From Nitrosopumilus sp. (GTDB lineage Archaea > Thermoproteota > Nitrososphaeria > Nitrososphaerales > Nitrosopumilaceae): 64,000 nucleotides of DNA. Shown in pieces: positions 11,790 through 22,838 of this stretch. Below the pieces are notes generated by a model. The model saw nothing but the letters and a program-made list of their open reading frames with translations. It was not told where the DNA came from and did no database searches. Position numbers and translations under genes: made by a program. How positions within the stretch are numbered: position 1 is the stretch's first letter; each line of letters begins with the position of its first letter. The stretch lies in assembly GCA_965207445.1 (NCBI GenBank), contig CBDBLX010000002.1:1111849-1175848 (forward strand), read 5' to 3'.

Positions 11790-13019
11790 ATGCATTCGTA
11801 TTTTATGAGATTGCCAACATATGACGATGTTAAAAAAGCAGATATGATACGAGGTGATCAGATCAAAAAAACGCCATTGATACACTCCCCTACATTTGGG
11901 AATCTGAGTGGCTCTGATGTGTATCTAAAAGCCGAACTACGTCAAAAGACTGGCTCTTTTAAAATACGTGGTGCATATTATAAAATGCAATCACTCTCAT
12001 CTCAGGAGAAAGCCAAGGGTGTGGTGGCAGCATCTGCAGGCAATCATGCACAGGGTGTGGCATTGGCATCGTCACTTGAAGATATACCATGTACTATTGT
12101 AATGCCTCGTGGAGCATCTCCTGCCAAAATTGCTGCAACTAGAGGATATGGCGCACGCGTGATATTGGATGGCTCAAACTATGATGAATCCTTCAAGACT
12201 GCCAGTAGAATTGCAGATGAGACTGGTGCTACAATAATACATGCGTTTGATGATGCTCATATTATAGCAGCACAGGGCGTTATTGGGTTGGAGATTCTCG
12301 ATGAACTGCCAGATGTTCAAGAAGTGTATGTGCCTATTGGTGGTGGTGGACTTGCAGCAGGGGTGCTGATTGCAATTAAAGAGACACACCCTCATGTGCG
12401 AGTGGTTGGTGTACAGTCAAATGCATTTCCATCAATGCATTCGTCTGTACGTGATGGCAAACCAGTTAGAGTTACTGCGGGTCCACGAACTATTGCAGAT
12501 GGAATATCAGTTAGTATGCCTGGTAAGATTACATTTGAGATTATTCATAAACTGATAGATGATATTGTCCTAGTTGATGACACACAAATCACAAAGACAA
12601 TGTTTCTCTTGATGGAGCGAATGAAGTTTGTAGTAGAACCTGCGGGAGCAGCAAGTCTAGCATATGTGCTTGCAAACAAACCTGCAGTAGGAAAAAAGAT
12701 TGCAGTTGTGCTTGCAGGTGGTAATGTGGATATGTATCTTTTAGGTCAGGTTGTAAACAAAGGACTTGCTGCAATGAGTCGACTAATAAAAATATCTGTT
12801 ATGCTACATGACAAACCTGGAACATTCAAAGAGATTGTAGATGAGGTTACCGCTATACATGCAAATATTGTAGAAGTCGTACATGACAGGCTAAGCTCTG
12901 ATGTTCATACTGGTTTTGCTGCTGTGACGTTAAGTATCGAGACTGAAGACAAAAATCAGGCAGATGTACTGATAAGTAGACTAGAACAAAAGAACTTTGA
13001 GTTTAAATTACTTACATAA
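11790..13019 (+). CDS. ilvA: Threonine ammonia-lyase (deaminase) with C-terminal ACT domain
   Basis: QKTGSFKIRGA PLP lysine, ASAGNHAQG, PIGGGGL, C-terminal ACT domain (LHDKPG). Confidence 0.93.
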   Translation: MHSYFMRLPTYDDVKKADMIRGDQIKKTPLIHSPTFGNLSGSDVYLKAELRQKTGSFKIRGAYYKMQSLSSQEKAKGVVAASAGNHAQGVALASSLEDIPCTIVMPRGASPAKIAATRGYGARVILDGSNYDESFKTASRIADETGATIIHAFDDAHIIAAQGVIGLEILDELPDVQEVYVPIGGGGLAAGVLIAIKETHPHVRVVGVQSNAFPSMHSSVRDGKPVRVTAGPRTIADGISVSMPGKITFEIIHKLIDDIVLVDDTQITKTMFLLMERMKFVVEPAGAASLAYVLANKPAVGKKIAVVLAGGNVDMYLLGQVVNKGLAAMSRLIKISVMLHDKPGTFKEIVDEVTAIHANIVEVVHDRLSSDVHTGFAAVTLSIETEDKNQADVLISRLEQKNFEFKLLT

Positions 13020-13373
13020 TTTGTCATATTTTTTATGCTCGATGAGCCGATGATTATTTTCTGATTGGCGTCGTTGTTGAGCTTACATTAACTCTTGATT
13101 TTTTTTGTTTTGAAATCTAAACATTTTATTTTAATGATCTTGTATTTGTGTTATAATCTAAATTATTAAAAATCTAAATATTTTATTTTATCAAGACAAA
13201 AAATATATGTATAATTATATAAATAACAATATATTTTAATTAATAATTGTTTAGTTTTATTTGTATACTAGATAATTGAGTTTACGTGAATTGCTAATGA
13301 GTTACTAGTGTAAGTTTATTTATATGCACATCTCACTCATTTTAATCATATTGTTTTATGCATTGCATATCAT

Positions 13374-13943
13374 TCATACAGAATTAAATTTTGCCAATCC
13401 TTTACTTTGTAACACTTTGGATTCTTCAATTACAGAGTCATGTTGTGATTTGCGTAATGACTCTAGTGCCACTCGAATTTTCTTATCATTTGTTGCAAGT
13501 ATCATTGCCGCATACAATCCTGCATTTTTTGCCTTGTTTACCCCCACTGATACTACTGGTGCACCTGCTGGCATCTCTGTTATTGAGAGCATGGAATCAA
13601 GGCCACCAAATGTAGAAAGTCTTGATGTATTTTTTTGATCCATCTGATTCTTGTTATTATACGCTATAATGGGAACGCCTACTACGGGTATTGTTGTATG
13701 TGATGCAATCATGCCTGGTAGGTGTGCTGCTCCACCCGCGCCTGCTATAATTACTACAAAATTCATATCTTGGGCATGTTTTGCATATGTGGCAAGTCTA
13801 TCGGGTGTACGGTGTGCTGATACTATTTGGTCCTCGTGTTCAATGTTTAACACATCTAGTATTTTAGCCGCTTCTGCCATTACGTTTGCATCCGAACTTG
13901 ATCCCATGATTATTCCAATTTTGGGGGTTGTGTTTGATTGCAT
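13374..13943 (-). CDS. purE: N5-carboxyaminoimidazole ribonucleotide mutase
   Basis: IIMGSSSD, VSAHRTP, AGAGGAAHLPG, GVP, GGLDSMLS. Confidence 0.96.
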   Translation of the reverse strand: MQSNTTPKIGIIMGSSSDANVMAEAAKILDVLNIEHEDQIVSAHRTPDRLATYAKHAQDMNFVVIIAGAGGAAHLPGMIASHTTIPVVGVPIIAYNNKNQMDQKNTSRLSTFGGLDSMLSITEMPAGAPVVSVGVNKAKNAGLYAAMILATNDKKIRVALESLRKSQHDSVIEESKVLQSKGLAKFNSV

Positions 13944-14311
13944 ACATGGTGTGACATTTTAAGGGTAATTAACAATAACTATCTATTTTTTTGGGAATCA
14001 TATATTTTGGTTAATTATGATGTTGTTCACAAGTTCTAGCATAGATTAAAGTCACAGTTCAATTATAAATAGTATATGATCATTTTTATAAATGCATGGC
14101 GTGGTTGCAAATGTGGCGTGTATCTGTCATGTGTGATGATGGGTATAATAATTGTTAAACACTGTGAATGGTGATTCTGTTTAACATCATATAGTTCGAT
14201 TCTGAGGCGTACTAGTCCAATGCCAACTGAGACAAACTCAGTAAAAACCGATGCCCGAACCCCCCACTCCCCACCACATCACGTTATCAACAATTTTTAG
14301 AGAGTGTATAT

Positions 14312-15037
14312 GTGTCAAAAGATATCATGCAACTGGACAAAGCCGTCTCTTATCCGTCCATCAGCATCTCGGATCTGATGGGCAGGCAACTCAACGATGT
14401 CGAGTCTAAAAACGCCCCTAAAAGTGTCTTTTACAGCGGCTTAATGAAGACTTCACCGTCTCATGTCAGAATTTCAATTGTGGGATCAAGACAGGCATCT
14501 GACAAAGGACTTGTAGAGGCTGCCGACTTGTCCAAATTTCTAACAAAGAATGATGTGGTGGTTGTAAGTGGGCTTGCAAGGGGCATAGATACCGCAGTAC
14601 ACCAAGCAGCGATGTCATATGACAAAGGCACAACCATCGCGGTCCTCGGTACGCCGTTGAACCGATCCTACCCAAGGGAAAACCGCACATTACAAGAAAA
14701 GATTATGCGAGACCATTTGGCCATATCCCAATATCCGATCGGACACAAAACAACCCGTAAAGATTTTGTGTTGCGTAACAAGACCATGGCCTTGATATCA
14801 GACGTCACGATTATTGTGGAAGCGGGAGAATCTAGTGGCGCATTGCATCAGGGATGGGAGACACTCAGAATAGGACGCCCATTGTTCATATGTAGATCCG
14901 TATTTGAGAATGATCGTCTGAATTGGCCCGAGAAGATGCTCCAATACGGCGCGCGAATACTTGAAAAATATGACGACCTGATGGAATCTATATCGATCAA
15001 GGCATATGCGCCAGAACTACTTCGGTATATGAAATGA
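14312..15037 (+). CDS. dprA: DprA/Smf-family (SLOG) DNA-processing protein
   Basis: SIVGSR, VVSGLARGIDTAVH, TIAVLGTPL, FVLRNKTMALIS, IVEAGESSGALH. Confidence 0.9.
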   Translation: MSKDIMQLDKAVSYPSISISDLMGRQLNDVESKNAPKSVFYSGLMKTSPSHVRISIVGSRQASDKGLVEAADLSKFLTKNDVVVVSGLARGIDTAVHQAAMSYDKGTTIAVLGTPLNRSYPRENRTLQEKIMRDHLAISQYPIGHKTTRKDFVLRNKTMALISDVTIIVEAGESSGALHQGWETLRIGRPLFICRSVFENDRLNWPEKMLQYGARILEKYDDLMESISIKAYAPELLRYMK

Positions 15038-15264
15038 ACGTCTCACGCGTCAGGTTTGGTTCGTATTTGACATATGCTCCTTGGGGTACGAAGACGCGTC
15101 ATTACGAATCCAAATCCGTAAAAAGAGACCTCAAGGAAGATCGTGTGATAAAAACTGGACAGATATTCTCCGAATGGATCGTAGGCGAGATAGAACACGC
15201 CCTTTCTTATCTACAGGTAGTGCATCAAGAGTCCTGCTTTGCAAGGGTGCAACCACGACTTTGA
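15034..15264 (+). pseudogene. Truncated ORF translationally coupled to dprA; probable N-terminus of a phosphoribosyltransferase-like partner
   Basis: ATG overlaps the dprA stop (ATGA); N-terminus FGSYLTYAPWG resembles, from memory, PRTase-like proteins found downstream of dprA; no PRPP-binding loop remains. Confidence 0.45.
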
Positions 15265-15530
15265 TGTCATACTGACCTATGAGATTCACGCATAGCCACA
15301 ACTCTGCCGGATGCCGGTTCTTCCTGTACTGTGTACTGATGTACATGTTAAGCCCAATTGTCCCAAAGTATTCTCCTTTGTACGGACTCAGGATCTGAAA
15401 TCTATTCGACTTTATGTTCTCAGGTTTTTAACTTGTGACGTGACCGGATTCCATTAGCTCTTTTTATGTGCGACTATTCTTGTATTCATAATTTCATTAG
15501 ATTTTTTTAACCATAATATGGGATATCTGT

Positions 15531-16685
15531 ATGCCAAAGATACTTGGAATAATCGGTGGCGGTCAGCTCGGAATGATGCTTACTGAAGCTGCAACTAACA
15601 AACTCTCTGATGTTATATCTCACGTTATCGTATTGGATCCTACTGAGCAATGCCCTGCATCTCTTGTAGGTGCAGAACAGATCATAGCTGATTTCAAAGA
15701 CAAGGGCGCCATAATGGAACTCTCAAAACGTGCAGATATAATTACATATGAGATCGAATCTGGGGATAGCGCAGTTTTGGAATCGGCAACTACCAACGCA
15801 CAAATAAACCCTACACCTCAGACTTTAAAGGTAATACAAGACAAATATTTACAAAAGACGTTTCTTGCCCAGCATGGGATTGCTGTACCTGATTTTACTT
15901 TGATAAGTGATGTTGAATCATTATGTGGTGCGCTAGAGACCTTTGGATATCCTGCACTGCTAAAAGCACGTAGAGATGCGTATGATGGTAGGGGAAACTA
16001 CAAGATTGATACACCAGATATGATACCAAGTGCATACAATGCATTCAAAGGCAGACCTATGATGCTTGAGCGATTTGTACCATTTGTAATGGAAGTATCT
16101 GTTATTGCAGCACGAAACACTGTTGGTGATGTCCGTACATACCCACTTGTAGAGAACATTCATGAAGAGAATATACTCCGAACTACAATTGCGCCTGCGC
16201 GAGTATCTGATAAAATATCCAAAAAGGCAAATGAGATTGCGCATCGAGTAATGAAATTGTTAAAGGGTGCAGGAGTATTTGGAATTGAGATGTTTGTGAC
16301 TGTGGATAATGACATATTGATAAATGAGATTGCACCACGTGTACACAATTCGGGACATCACTCTTTACAATCGTGTGTGACGTCACAGTTTGAGCAACAT
16401 TTGCGCGCCATATTGGGCATGGAACTCGGAGACACAACATTAAAGTCAAATGCTATCATGTATAACATACTTGGAATCAAAGGATATGAAGGAAAATACC
16501 ATAATCCTGATATATATAATGATGATTATACATTTTTGAAGATGTATGGAAAAAAGATCTCAAAACCTCTTCGTAAAATTGGACATTTGAATTTGTTGGG
16601 CAAACCTGGTGATGATATGTCATCTTTACTGAAACAATTAGATTCTATAAAGAATAATGCAGTTGCGCATCCTGCTTTTATTTAA
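15531..16685 (+). CDS. purK: 5-(carboxyamino)imidazole ribonucleotide synthase (ATP-grasp)
   Basis: IGGGQLGMM, ITYEIE, AYDGRGN, INEIAPRVHNSGH, SQFEQHLRA. Confidence 0.96.
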   Translation: MPKILGIIGGGQLGMMLTEAATNKLSDVISHVIVLDPTEQCPASLVGAEQIIADFKDKGAIMELSKRADIITYEIESGDSAVLESATTNAQINPTPQTLKVIQDKYLQKTFLAQHGIAVPDFTLISDVESLCGALETFGYPALLKARRDAYDGRGNYKIDTPDMIPSAYNAFKGRPMMLERFVPFVMEVSVIAARNTVGDVRTYPLVENIHEENILRTTIAPARVSDKISKKANEIAHRVMKLLKGAGVFGIEMFVTVDNDILINEIAPRVHNSGHHSLQSCVTSQFEQHLRAILGMELGDTTLKSNAIMYNILGIKGYEGKYHNPDIYNDDYTFLKMYGKKISKPLRKIGHLNLLGKPGDDMSSLLKQLDSIKNNAVAHPAFI

Positions 16686-17063
16686 AATGCCGAATTTTGG
16701 TCAAGTATGTTGTATTTGGTGTAATGTGGTATACACTATAGCAATACACTATAGCAATACACGTATGAACCAATCTCTATGATTGATATGTTCATTCAAA
16801 AATAACTCCTAGCCAAATGTATTACATGCACGATACTTGACATACAGACAGGATTATAACCAAATACAAGTATGTGATTTCATTATTGTGTTCAATGAGC
16901 TTGGTTCACACTAAAATTTAATTACTGTACTCAATATTTCAAATATTAATTTTAAAACAAAATCAAGTCAATACATGTGTGCATACACTAACAAAATTAT
17001 GTGTAGTAATTTATTATCGTCTAAAATATAAGTGCGAAAAAACATCCAATGTAGTGAGAAGAT

Positions 17064-17354
17064 GTGAGTCAATCCAATAACGATGTGCGTAAAATCTATT
17101 TCATGTTGCGATGTACCAAAGATAAGCATCCAAACTGCACACCCATGAAGAATGCGGCAATGCGACAAGATTCAGTGATAGAAGCACATACGACCAATTT
17201 GGAGTTTGAGGAGATGTATTATTGTGTGTCAGGCCATGCTCTTGTAACAAAGAAAGACGTGAAAGATTTTACAGACGATTTACAAGCTATAAAATCTCGT
17301 TCCAAAAACCCAACCGGAGTGGCCGAACTAAGAGTACTAGTTAGTCAAGGATAA
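17064..17354 (+). CDS. Small hypothetical protein (possible ferredoxin-like/AsnC-type fold)
   Basis: 96-aa ORF with beta-alpha-beta pattern; family not certain. Confidence 0.4.
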   Translation: MSQSNNDVRKIYFMLRCTKDKHPNCTPMKNAAMRQDSVIEAHTTNLEFEEMYYCVSGHALVTKKDVKDFTDDLQAIKSRSKNPTGVAELRVLVSQG

Positions 17355-17426
17355 CTATCAATACTGATGTGAGGTAAATATATTTTTGAAAATTATATTA
17401 AAAGTAAACACCGATTTAATACATAC

Positions 17427-17723
17427 GTGAAAAAATCCAAGGCAAATGTGGACGTATTAGCCAGTAAAAATGCATATCATGTGACAAAAAAACACATCAA
17501 CAAAGGATCAGCACTTGAACGATTACGCACCGAGTTGCGATTTGGGGATTATGATATAATTGTAGGCGTAGGCGATAGCGATCTTGACATTTCGTTGTTT
17601 AAAGAGTCCGACTATAAATTTGCCGTAGGAAATGCCTCACCTGATGCAAAAAAAGCAGCAACACCACTAAAGGGGAACTATGTAGACGGCGTAGTAGAAA
17701 TGTATGAAAAGTATTTCAGATAA
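17427..17723 (+). pseudogene. C-terminal half of a Cof/phosphoglycolate phosphatase-type HAD hydrolase
   Basis: INKGSAL (motif III) and GVGDSDLD (motif IV), FAVGNA; N-terminal DxD motif absent. Confidence 0.7.
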
Positions 17724-17950
17724 GGTCAAAAAGTAACACTGACAAGTTGTTCAGATAAAATGTGGACATTTAAATGTGTGTGATATAACTTAGCATTTTG
17801 TCCACATTATGGATAATTCTTACCATTACAAACCATAACCTAATCATCCAAAAATCTTAGATCTAATTTTTCTAGCAGCATAACGCAAAAATGTGATGTT
17901 GTTATGTACGGACTTTTTTTTTTTGAGCAATTGATCATCATCAATACATC

Positions 17951-18916
17951 ATGAAAGATTCATTTATCAATCCATACTATACATTCACATTGATGTACAC
18001 CCCGATTGCAAAAAAGATATGTAACATAAAACGGGAATTTGCTAAAACATATACTGGAAATGCACATATTCAAGAAGTTATACCTATGTATAACAAAACA
18101 GCCTTTCCAATATCAAGTACATATATTGATGCCTTGTGCAAATTCACAAGATCAAACCCCATATACTATAACTATTTTCAGCAGGATATTGATGGTGTTT
18201 CATGTACTATACATGAAGGTGATATTAACGAGTATTGGCTAAATAGCATAAAACACGGATCTAGTTGTCAGCCTTTTTATCCCACGTGGATGATATCTGC
18301 ATTTGTACTTGCTTATACTGCTCAAAGCCTTGGATGTACAGATCTCGTTGACATTGGTTCAGGTGACGGACGAATTGCATTTTGTGCGGCAATACTTGGT
18401 ATGAAGACACACAGCATAGAGATTGATGATGCACTTGTACAATTACAATGTGACATATCACGACACACAAACGTAAATTTTAATCCAATATGTACAGATG
18501 CACTTGAAATCAAATACGAAGATATGAAATTGTCTAGACCCGCATTTGTCATTGGCGGACTGCCACAGATGGGTGGTGAGATGTTTGCTGAAAAACTAAT
18601 CAAACACATAAAACGTGATTGCAATGACAACGGCGACCGTAGTTATAGTAACCATAGTCATAGCAACAACAGTGGTAACAACAACAATCATAATGGTAAT
18701 GACTCTGCAAACACCTCAAATAAAAAATACGTAATTGTACTGGCAGGTGAAGCAAAGAGGAGCGGCCCTGCTGCCAAACGTAATACCGGTACTTTTGGTG
18801 GATGGGATTCAATAATCAAACAACACAACTTACAAATCTTACATCAGATAAATCTGCCAACTGTATGGACATTTGATCAAGACTATGATACGCCATACAT
18901 TTATGCTGTGTTGTAA
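17951..18916 (+). CDS. Class I SAM-dependent methyltransferase-like protein
   Basis: LVDIGSGDGRIA motif I, SIEID. Confidence 0.8.
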   Translation: MKDSFINPYYTFTLMYTPIAKKICNIKREFAKTYTGNAHIQEVIPMYNKTAFPISSTYIDALCKFTRSNPIYYNYFQQDIDGVSCTIHEGDINEYWLNSIKHGSSCQPFYPTWMISAFVLAYTAQSLGCTDLVDIGSGDGRIAFCAAILGMKTHSIEIDDALVQLQCDISRHTNVNFNPICTDALEIKYEDMKLSRPAFVIGGLPQMGGEMFAEKLIKHIKRDCNDNGDRSYSNHSHSNNSGNNNNHNGNDSANTSNKKYVIVLAGEAKRSGPAAKRNTGTFGGWDSIIKQHNLQILHQINLPTVWTFDQDYDTPYIYAVL

Positions 18917-18941
18917 TACATTGCACATATGATATTTTGTG

Positions 18942-19322
18942 TCATACATCACACAACTCTACATCAAAGAAGAATGTAGCGTCTGTAGTGTTAATGCCAC
19001 ATGACCTAAGTGTGACGCTTGCACCTGGCTTTGGAACTCTGTCTGTTTGTTGCATGTGTGCTATTACTCTGATCTCATCTGTGATCTCAACAAGACAAAA
19101 AAACCCGCCATCATACCTATCACTTGGAAAACCCTTGTACTCTGAGCATTCTATTATGTGACCTTTAATACTATTTTGCTCATACAATGACACTGTACCA
19201 AAACAATCACTACAGAGTTCTGCGAGAGGCCAGACGATCTTGTGACATTTGTCACATTTTGGTATCATGAGACGACCATTATACACTGCATCCTCAAAAT
19301 CAGATACTATATCACTAGTCAT
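18942..19322 (-). CDS. DUF35 Zn-ribbon/OB-fold protein (thiolase partner)
   Basis: KCDKCHKIVWP...CSDC; overlaps the thiolase stop codon. Confidence 0.85.
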   Translation of the reverse strand: MTSDIVSDFEDAVYNGRLMIPKCDKCHKIVWPLAELCSDCFGTVSLYEQNSIKGHIIECSEYKGFPSDRYDGGFFCLVEITDEIRVIAHMQQTDRVPKPGASVTLRSCGINTTDATFFFDVELCDV

Positions 19323-20590
19323 CTTTGCATCACCATTACAGTAGAAGATGTCCCTGCTGCAGACATGTTGTGTACCATACCATTATGTGGTGCGTCTATC
19401 TGCCTGCCATGAGCTTCTGAGCGCAACTGTTTTACAATCTCAATAGACTGTGCTATACCTGTGGCACCAAGTGGATGTCCTGCACCTATGAGGCCCCCGC
19501 GTGGATTTATCATCTTGTTTTCTGTATTATACAATTCCCTGCTAACCTGTATGCCCTTGCCAAGCTCAGACATGCCAAGTGCCTCGAGAATCATTGGCTC
19601 ACACACTGAGAATGCATCATGTATCTCTGCGACTTGTATATCTGATATCTCAAGTAAATTATTGTGAGATGATGCCATGTGTAGTGCATCATGAGTTGCC
19701 TGTCTTGCAGACTCCAAGTATGTATTGTCAAAAGATTTAGCAAATCCTGCTGATGTAACTTTTTGTCCTATACCTGTTATCCATATTGGCGTATCTGTGT
19801 ATTTGTGATATACACGTTCTGATGCAAGTATGATTGATGCTCCACCTGTACAAGGCCTCGAGCAGTCAAGTACTCGTAAATCCCCTGTGATATATCTAGA
19901 ATTAATGACATCATTTATTGTATGTGGACTAGATTGCAGTCCATCTGGATTATACTGTGCATTTGCATATGCTCTTGCAGGTATTATTGCCAAATCTTCA
20001 TCTGATATGTTGTATAATCGTTTGTATCTGCTTGTAAACAAGGATGCCCAAAATACTGGATGCTTGAATTGTCCTCTAGAGTCATCCCACCATAATATGC
20101 GTCCTGGAGAGTCATATATCTCAGCACCACTGATCAAAACTACATCTGCAAGGCCAGATGCCACATATGCATACCCTGACACAATGGCACTAGTCCCAGA
20201 ACTACACAAACTCTCAACTGTATGTGCAACTTTGGGACGTATACCTGCAAGCTCTGCTAGTATGGTGGCCATGTATCCTGAGCCTTTTTTTTGTAAATTG
20301 TTGTTGTGTTTTTGTTTTGTAATGTGTTTTGTGGTGTCCTTGCCACCATTGATGGTATGTTTGGTTTTATTATCGTCTTTTGTTTTACTAGATATGTTTG
20401 GACTTTGTGTTGGCTGATATCCACCTGCTGCATTTGCAACCAATACTGCATCAATATCATTTCTTTCACATTGCGGTGTATTGTCAAACAGATTCTTTAC
20501 AGAGTGTAACAATACTGACTCTAGGCTCAAATTTGTATGCTGTGTGAATTTTGTAATACCATATCCTGCTATGCATACTCGACTCAACAC
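19319..20590 (-). CDS. Thiolase family protein (acetyl-CoA acetyltransferase/SCP-x type)
   Basis: VESLCSSG, AEIHDAF, NPRGGLIGAGHPLGATG. Confidence 0.92.
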   Translation of the reverse strand: MLSRVCIAGYGITKFTQHTNLSLESVLLHSVKNLFDNTPQCERNDIDAVLVANAAGGYQPTQSPNISSKTKDDNKTKHTINGGKDTTKHITKQKHNNNLQKKGSGYMATILAELAGIRPKVAHTVESLCSSGTSAIVSGYAYVASGLADVVLISGAEIYDSPGRILWWDDSRGQFKHPVFWASLFTSRYKRLYNISDEDLAIIPARAYANAQYNPDGLQSSPHTINDVINSRYITGDLRVLDCSRPCTGGASIILASERVYHKYTDTPIWITGIGQKVTSAGFAKSFDNTYLESARQATHDALHMASSHNNLLEISDIQVAEIHDAFSVCEPMILEALGMSELGKGIQVSRELYNTENKMINPRGGLIGAGHPLGATGIAQSIEIVKQLRSEAHGRQIDAPHNGMVHNMSAAGTSSTVMVMQR

Positions 20591-20593
20591 ATG

Positions 20594-21571
20594 TCACCGA
20601 AAAAATGTTTTTACAAAGATATCAAATGAATTGGCAACATTATCACCTACTGGATTGAACTGTAGTATGGGATGAGTCACTCCTGCATCCATAAATGTGT
20701 CTAGCTTTTTACGACATGACTTTGAATCTCCGACTATTGCAAAAGCATCTACCATTTGGTCTGTTACGTGTTTGTGAATGTTATGCAATCCGGTACGTGC
20801 AAATTCGTCATGTATGTTTTTTGTCTCTACTGCAAATCCATTTTCTGATATAAAATCACGATATACCTTGCCAACTGCAACATAAAATGAGATCGTACGT
20901 CGAGCCCTATACATGGCACTATCATAGTCGTCATTTGAGACACATGTTATTATCTGAGATGCAACATCAATACGACGATCAAATATTGTATTCATATTTA
21001 GAATAGTCGATCTCATCTCGTGTATTGGCCTCAGATAAAATATTACACCATCACCTATACTCCATGCTAGTCTGGTCATCTTTTGATTTACTGCTGCCAA
21101 GTATATTGGAATGTTCTCTCTTGCAGGTTGTATCAACAACTTGAATCCTTGTAGTTTGAATATGTTGCCATTATAATTGATCTCTTTGCCTGATAACACC
21201 AATCTGATTATCTCAACTGTCTCTTGTACACGCCGTAGAGGTGATCTGTATGCGATACCATGCAAGCCACTTATGATTGCACGACTACTTGCGCCAAGTC
21301 CTAGTATGAATCTTTTATTTGATATGGTGTCTATGGTGGCCGCACCCATTGCAATTGCAGCTGGTGTTCGTGAATACACATTGATTATAGAAGAGCCAAT
21401 ACGCGGTAGAGTTGCAATCTGTGAGATTGCCCCATGCATTGCAAAGTTCTCCATACCCCATGTCTCTGGTACCCATATTGTGTTAACGTCTGTATTTGAG
21501 AGTAATTTTGCACATGAGATGACATCATGGATGGTGAGCAATGAGCCGAGACTACATGAAGGTGGATTCAC
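20594..21571 (-). CDS. LLM-class (luciferase-like) flavin/F420-dependent oxidoreductase
   Basis: IWVPETWG, IINVYSRTPAAIAMGAATID, RFILGLGAS, IPIYLAA. Confidence 0.9.
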   Translation of the reverse strand: MNPPSCSLGSLLTIHDVISCAKLLSNTDVNTIWVPETWGMENFAMHGAISQIATLPRIGSSIINVYSRTPAAIAMGAATIDTISNKRFILGLGASSRAIISGLHGIAYRSPLRRVQETVEIIRLVLSGKEINYNGNIFKLQGFKLLIQPARENIPIYLAAVNQKMTRLAWSIGDGVIFYLRPIHEMRSTILNMNTIFDRRIDVASQIITCVSNDDYDSAMYRARRTISFYVAVGKVYRDFISENGFAVETKNIHDEFARTGLHNIHKHVTDQMVDAFAIVGDSKSCRKKLDTFMDAGVTHPILQFNPVGDNVANSFDIFVKTFFR

Positions 21572-21914
21572 AATATGTGTAAAAGATGGGGATATTTAGT
21601 ATATGTGAGATCAAAGTTTGTGTGCGGTGTTGTGGTTTAATTCTATATGAGTTAAAGTCAAAAAAGATCGTATAGTTTACCAAATGTATTGTTGTTAATT
21701 GTGACTAATGATAAAATGATCATGTATAGTGTTAATAACTATTTTTTAGATGTGTATGTATGAGTAATCAAATACAATATGTGCCTCATAAAAAAAGTGA
21801 CTTTTGGGATAGTGTCACGATGTATGCGGCAACTAACCGTGACAAGTCGTTTGTAGATGAGATGGCTTATGTGATGGTCACACTATATCGTACCGGCAAC
21901 TAACATGCGTATGA

Positions 21915-22736
21915 TTATGGTGATTCATTTGCAAGTATTGTAGAACATGCTTCTAAATCCTTGAAAGAGTCTACTGATTGCCACATTATATCTTGTTGAT
22001 GTTGATGTTGATGTTGATGATTATTTGTGTAATTCCTTTCAAACTTTACTGCTTGCAGCATGCCACGTTTTGCATAATCTGGAAAGACTGTCTTTTCAAT
22101 GTCGCCTTTATCTGGCAGGTCATCTAACACTTTGCACTCAAGATGATATATTCCTGCATTCATCCATATATTTGGCACATTTGTCTTTTCTTTGAACTGT
22201 GATATTGTGTCAATTTTGATATTATTATTATTACTACTATTGTTAATGTGATTGACACTCTCACCATTACTTGTAGAATTCTCATCACCATTTGTCAATA
22301 TACTTGTACTATCGAACTCTAGTATTCCATAGTTTGTCCTCAAAGGAATTGTTGCAATCGAATTTTTTACATTTTGAAGAATACTAATATCGATATCCGT
22401 TATTATATCGCCATTTAGTACAATAAATGAGTTATCCTCATTGTCACCATTGATATAATGTGTTGCTTGTTTTATTGCCCCACCTGTACCAAGGGGTGTG
22501 TTCTCTACAGATACTTTAACACTCATGCCGTAATCTTTTGCCTGTAAATAATCCTCAATCATACCTGTCTTATATCCAGTACATACAATAATATCAGATA
22601 TGTCAAACTTGCCTAAATGTCGAATCTGCCACTCTATTATGGGAACATTACGTATTGGAACAAGTGGTTTTGGTACATAATCTGTAATAGGGCGCATGCG
22701 TTTGCCACGACCTCCTGCTAATATCACTGCCTTCAA
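21915..22736 (-). CDS. Sugar-phosphate nucleotidyltransferase
   Basis: MKAVILAGGRGKRMRPIT...PKPL, PLGTGGA, VLNGDI. Confidence 0.92.
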   Translation of the reverse strand: MKAVILAGGRGKRMRPITDYVPKPLVPIRNVPIIEWQIRHLGKFDISDIIVCTGYKTGMIEDYLQAKDYGMSVKVSVENTPLGTGGAIKQATHYINGDNEDNSFIVLNGDIITDIDISILQNVKNSIATIPLRTNYGILEFDSTSILTNGDENSTSNGESVNHINNSSNNNNIKIDTISQFKEKTNVPNIWMNAGIYHLECKVLDDLPDKGDIEKTVFPDYAKRGMLQAVKFERNYTNNHQHQHQHQQDIMWQSVDSFKDLEACSTILANESP

Positions 22737-22838
22737 TTACAACATCTCTGAAATGGTATAATGTAAATTTTTAAATTCAAATAACAACTATAATATTAAT
22801 TCATTTTGTGTAACTATAAAGTGCATAACAGTACCATT

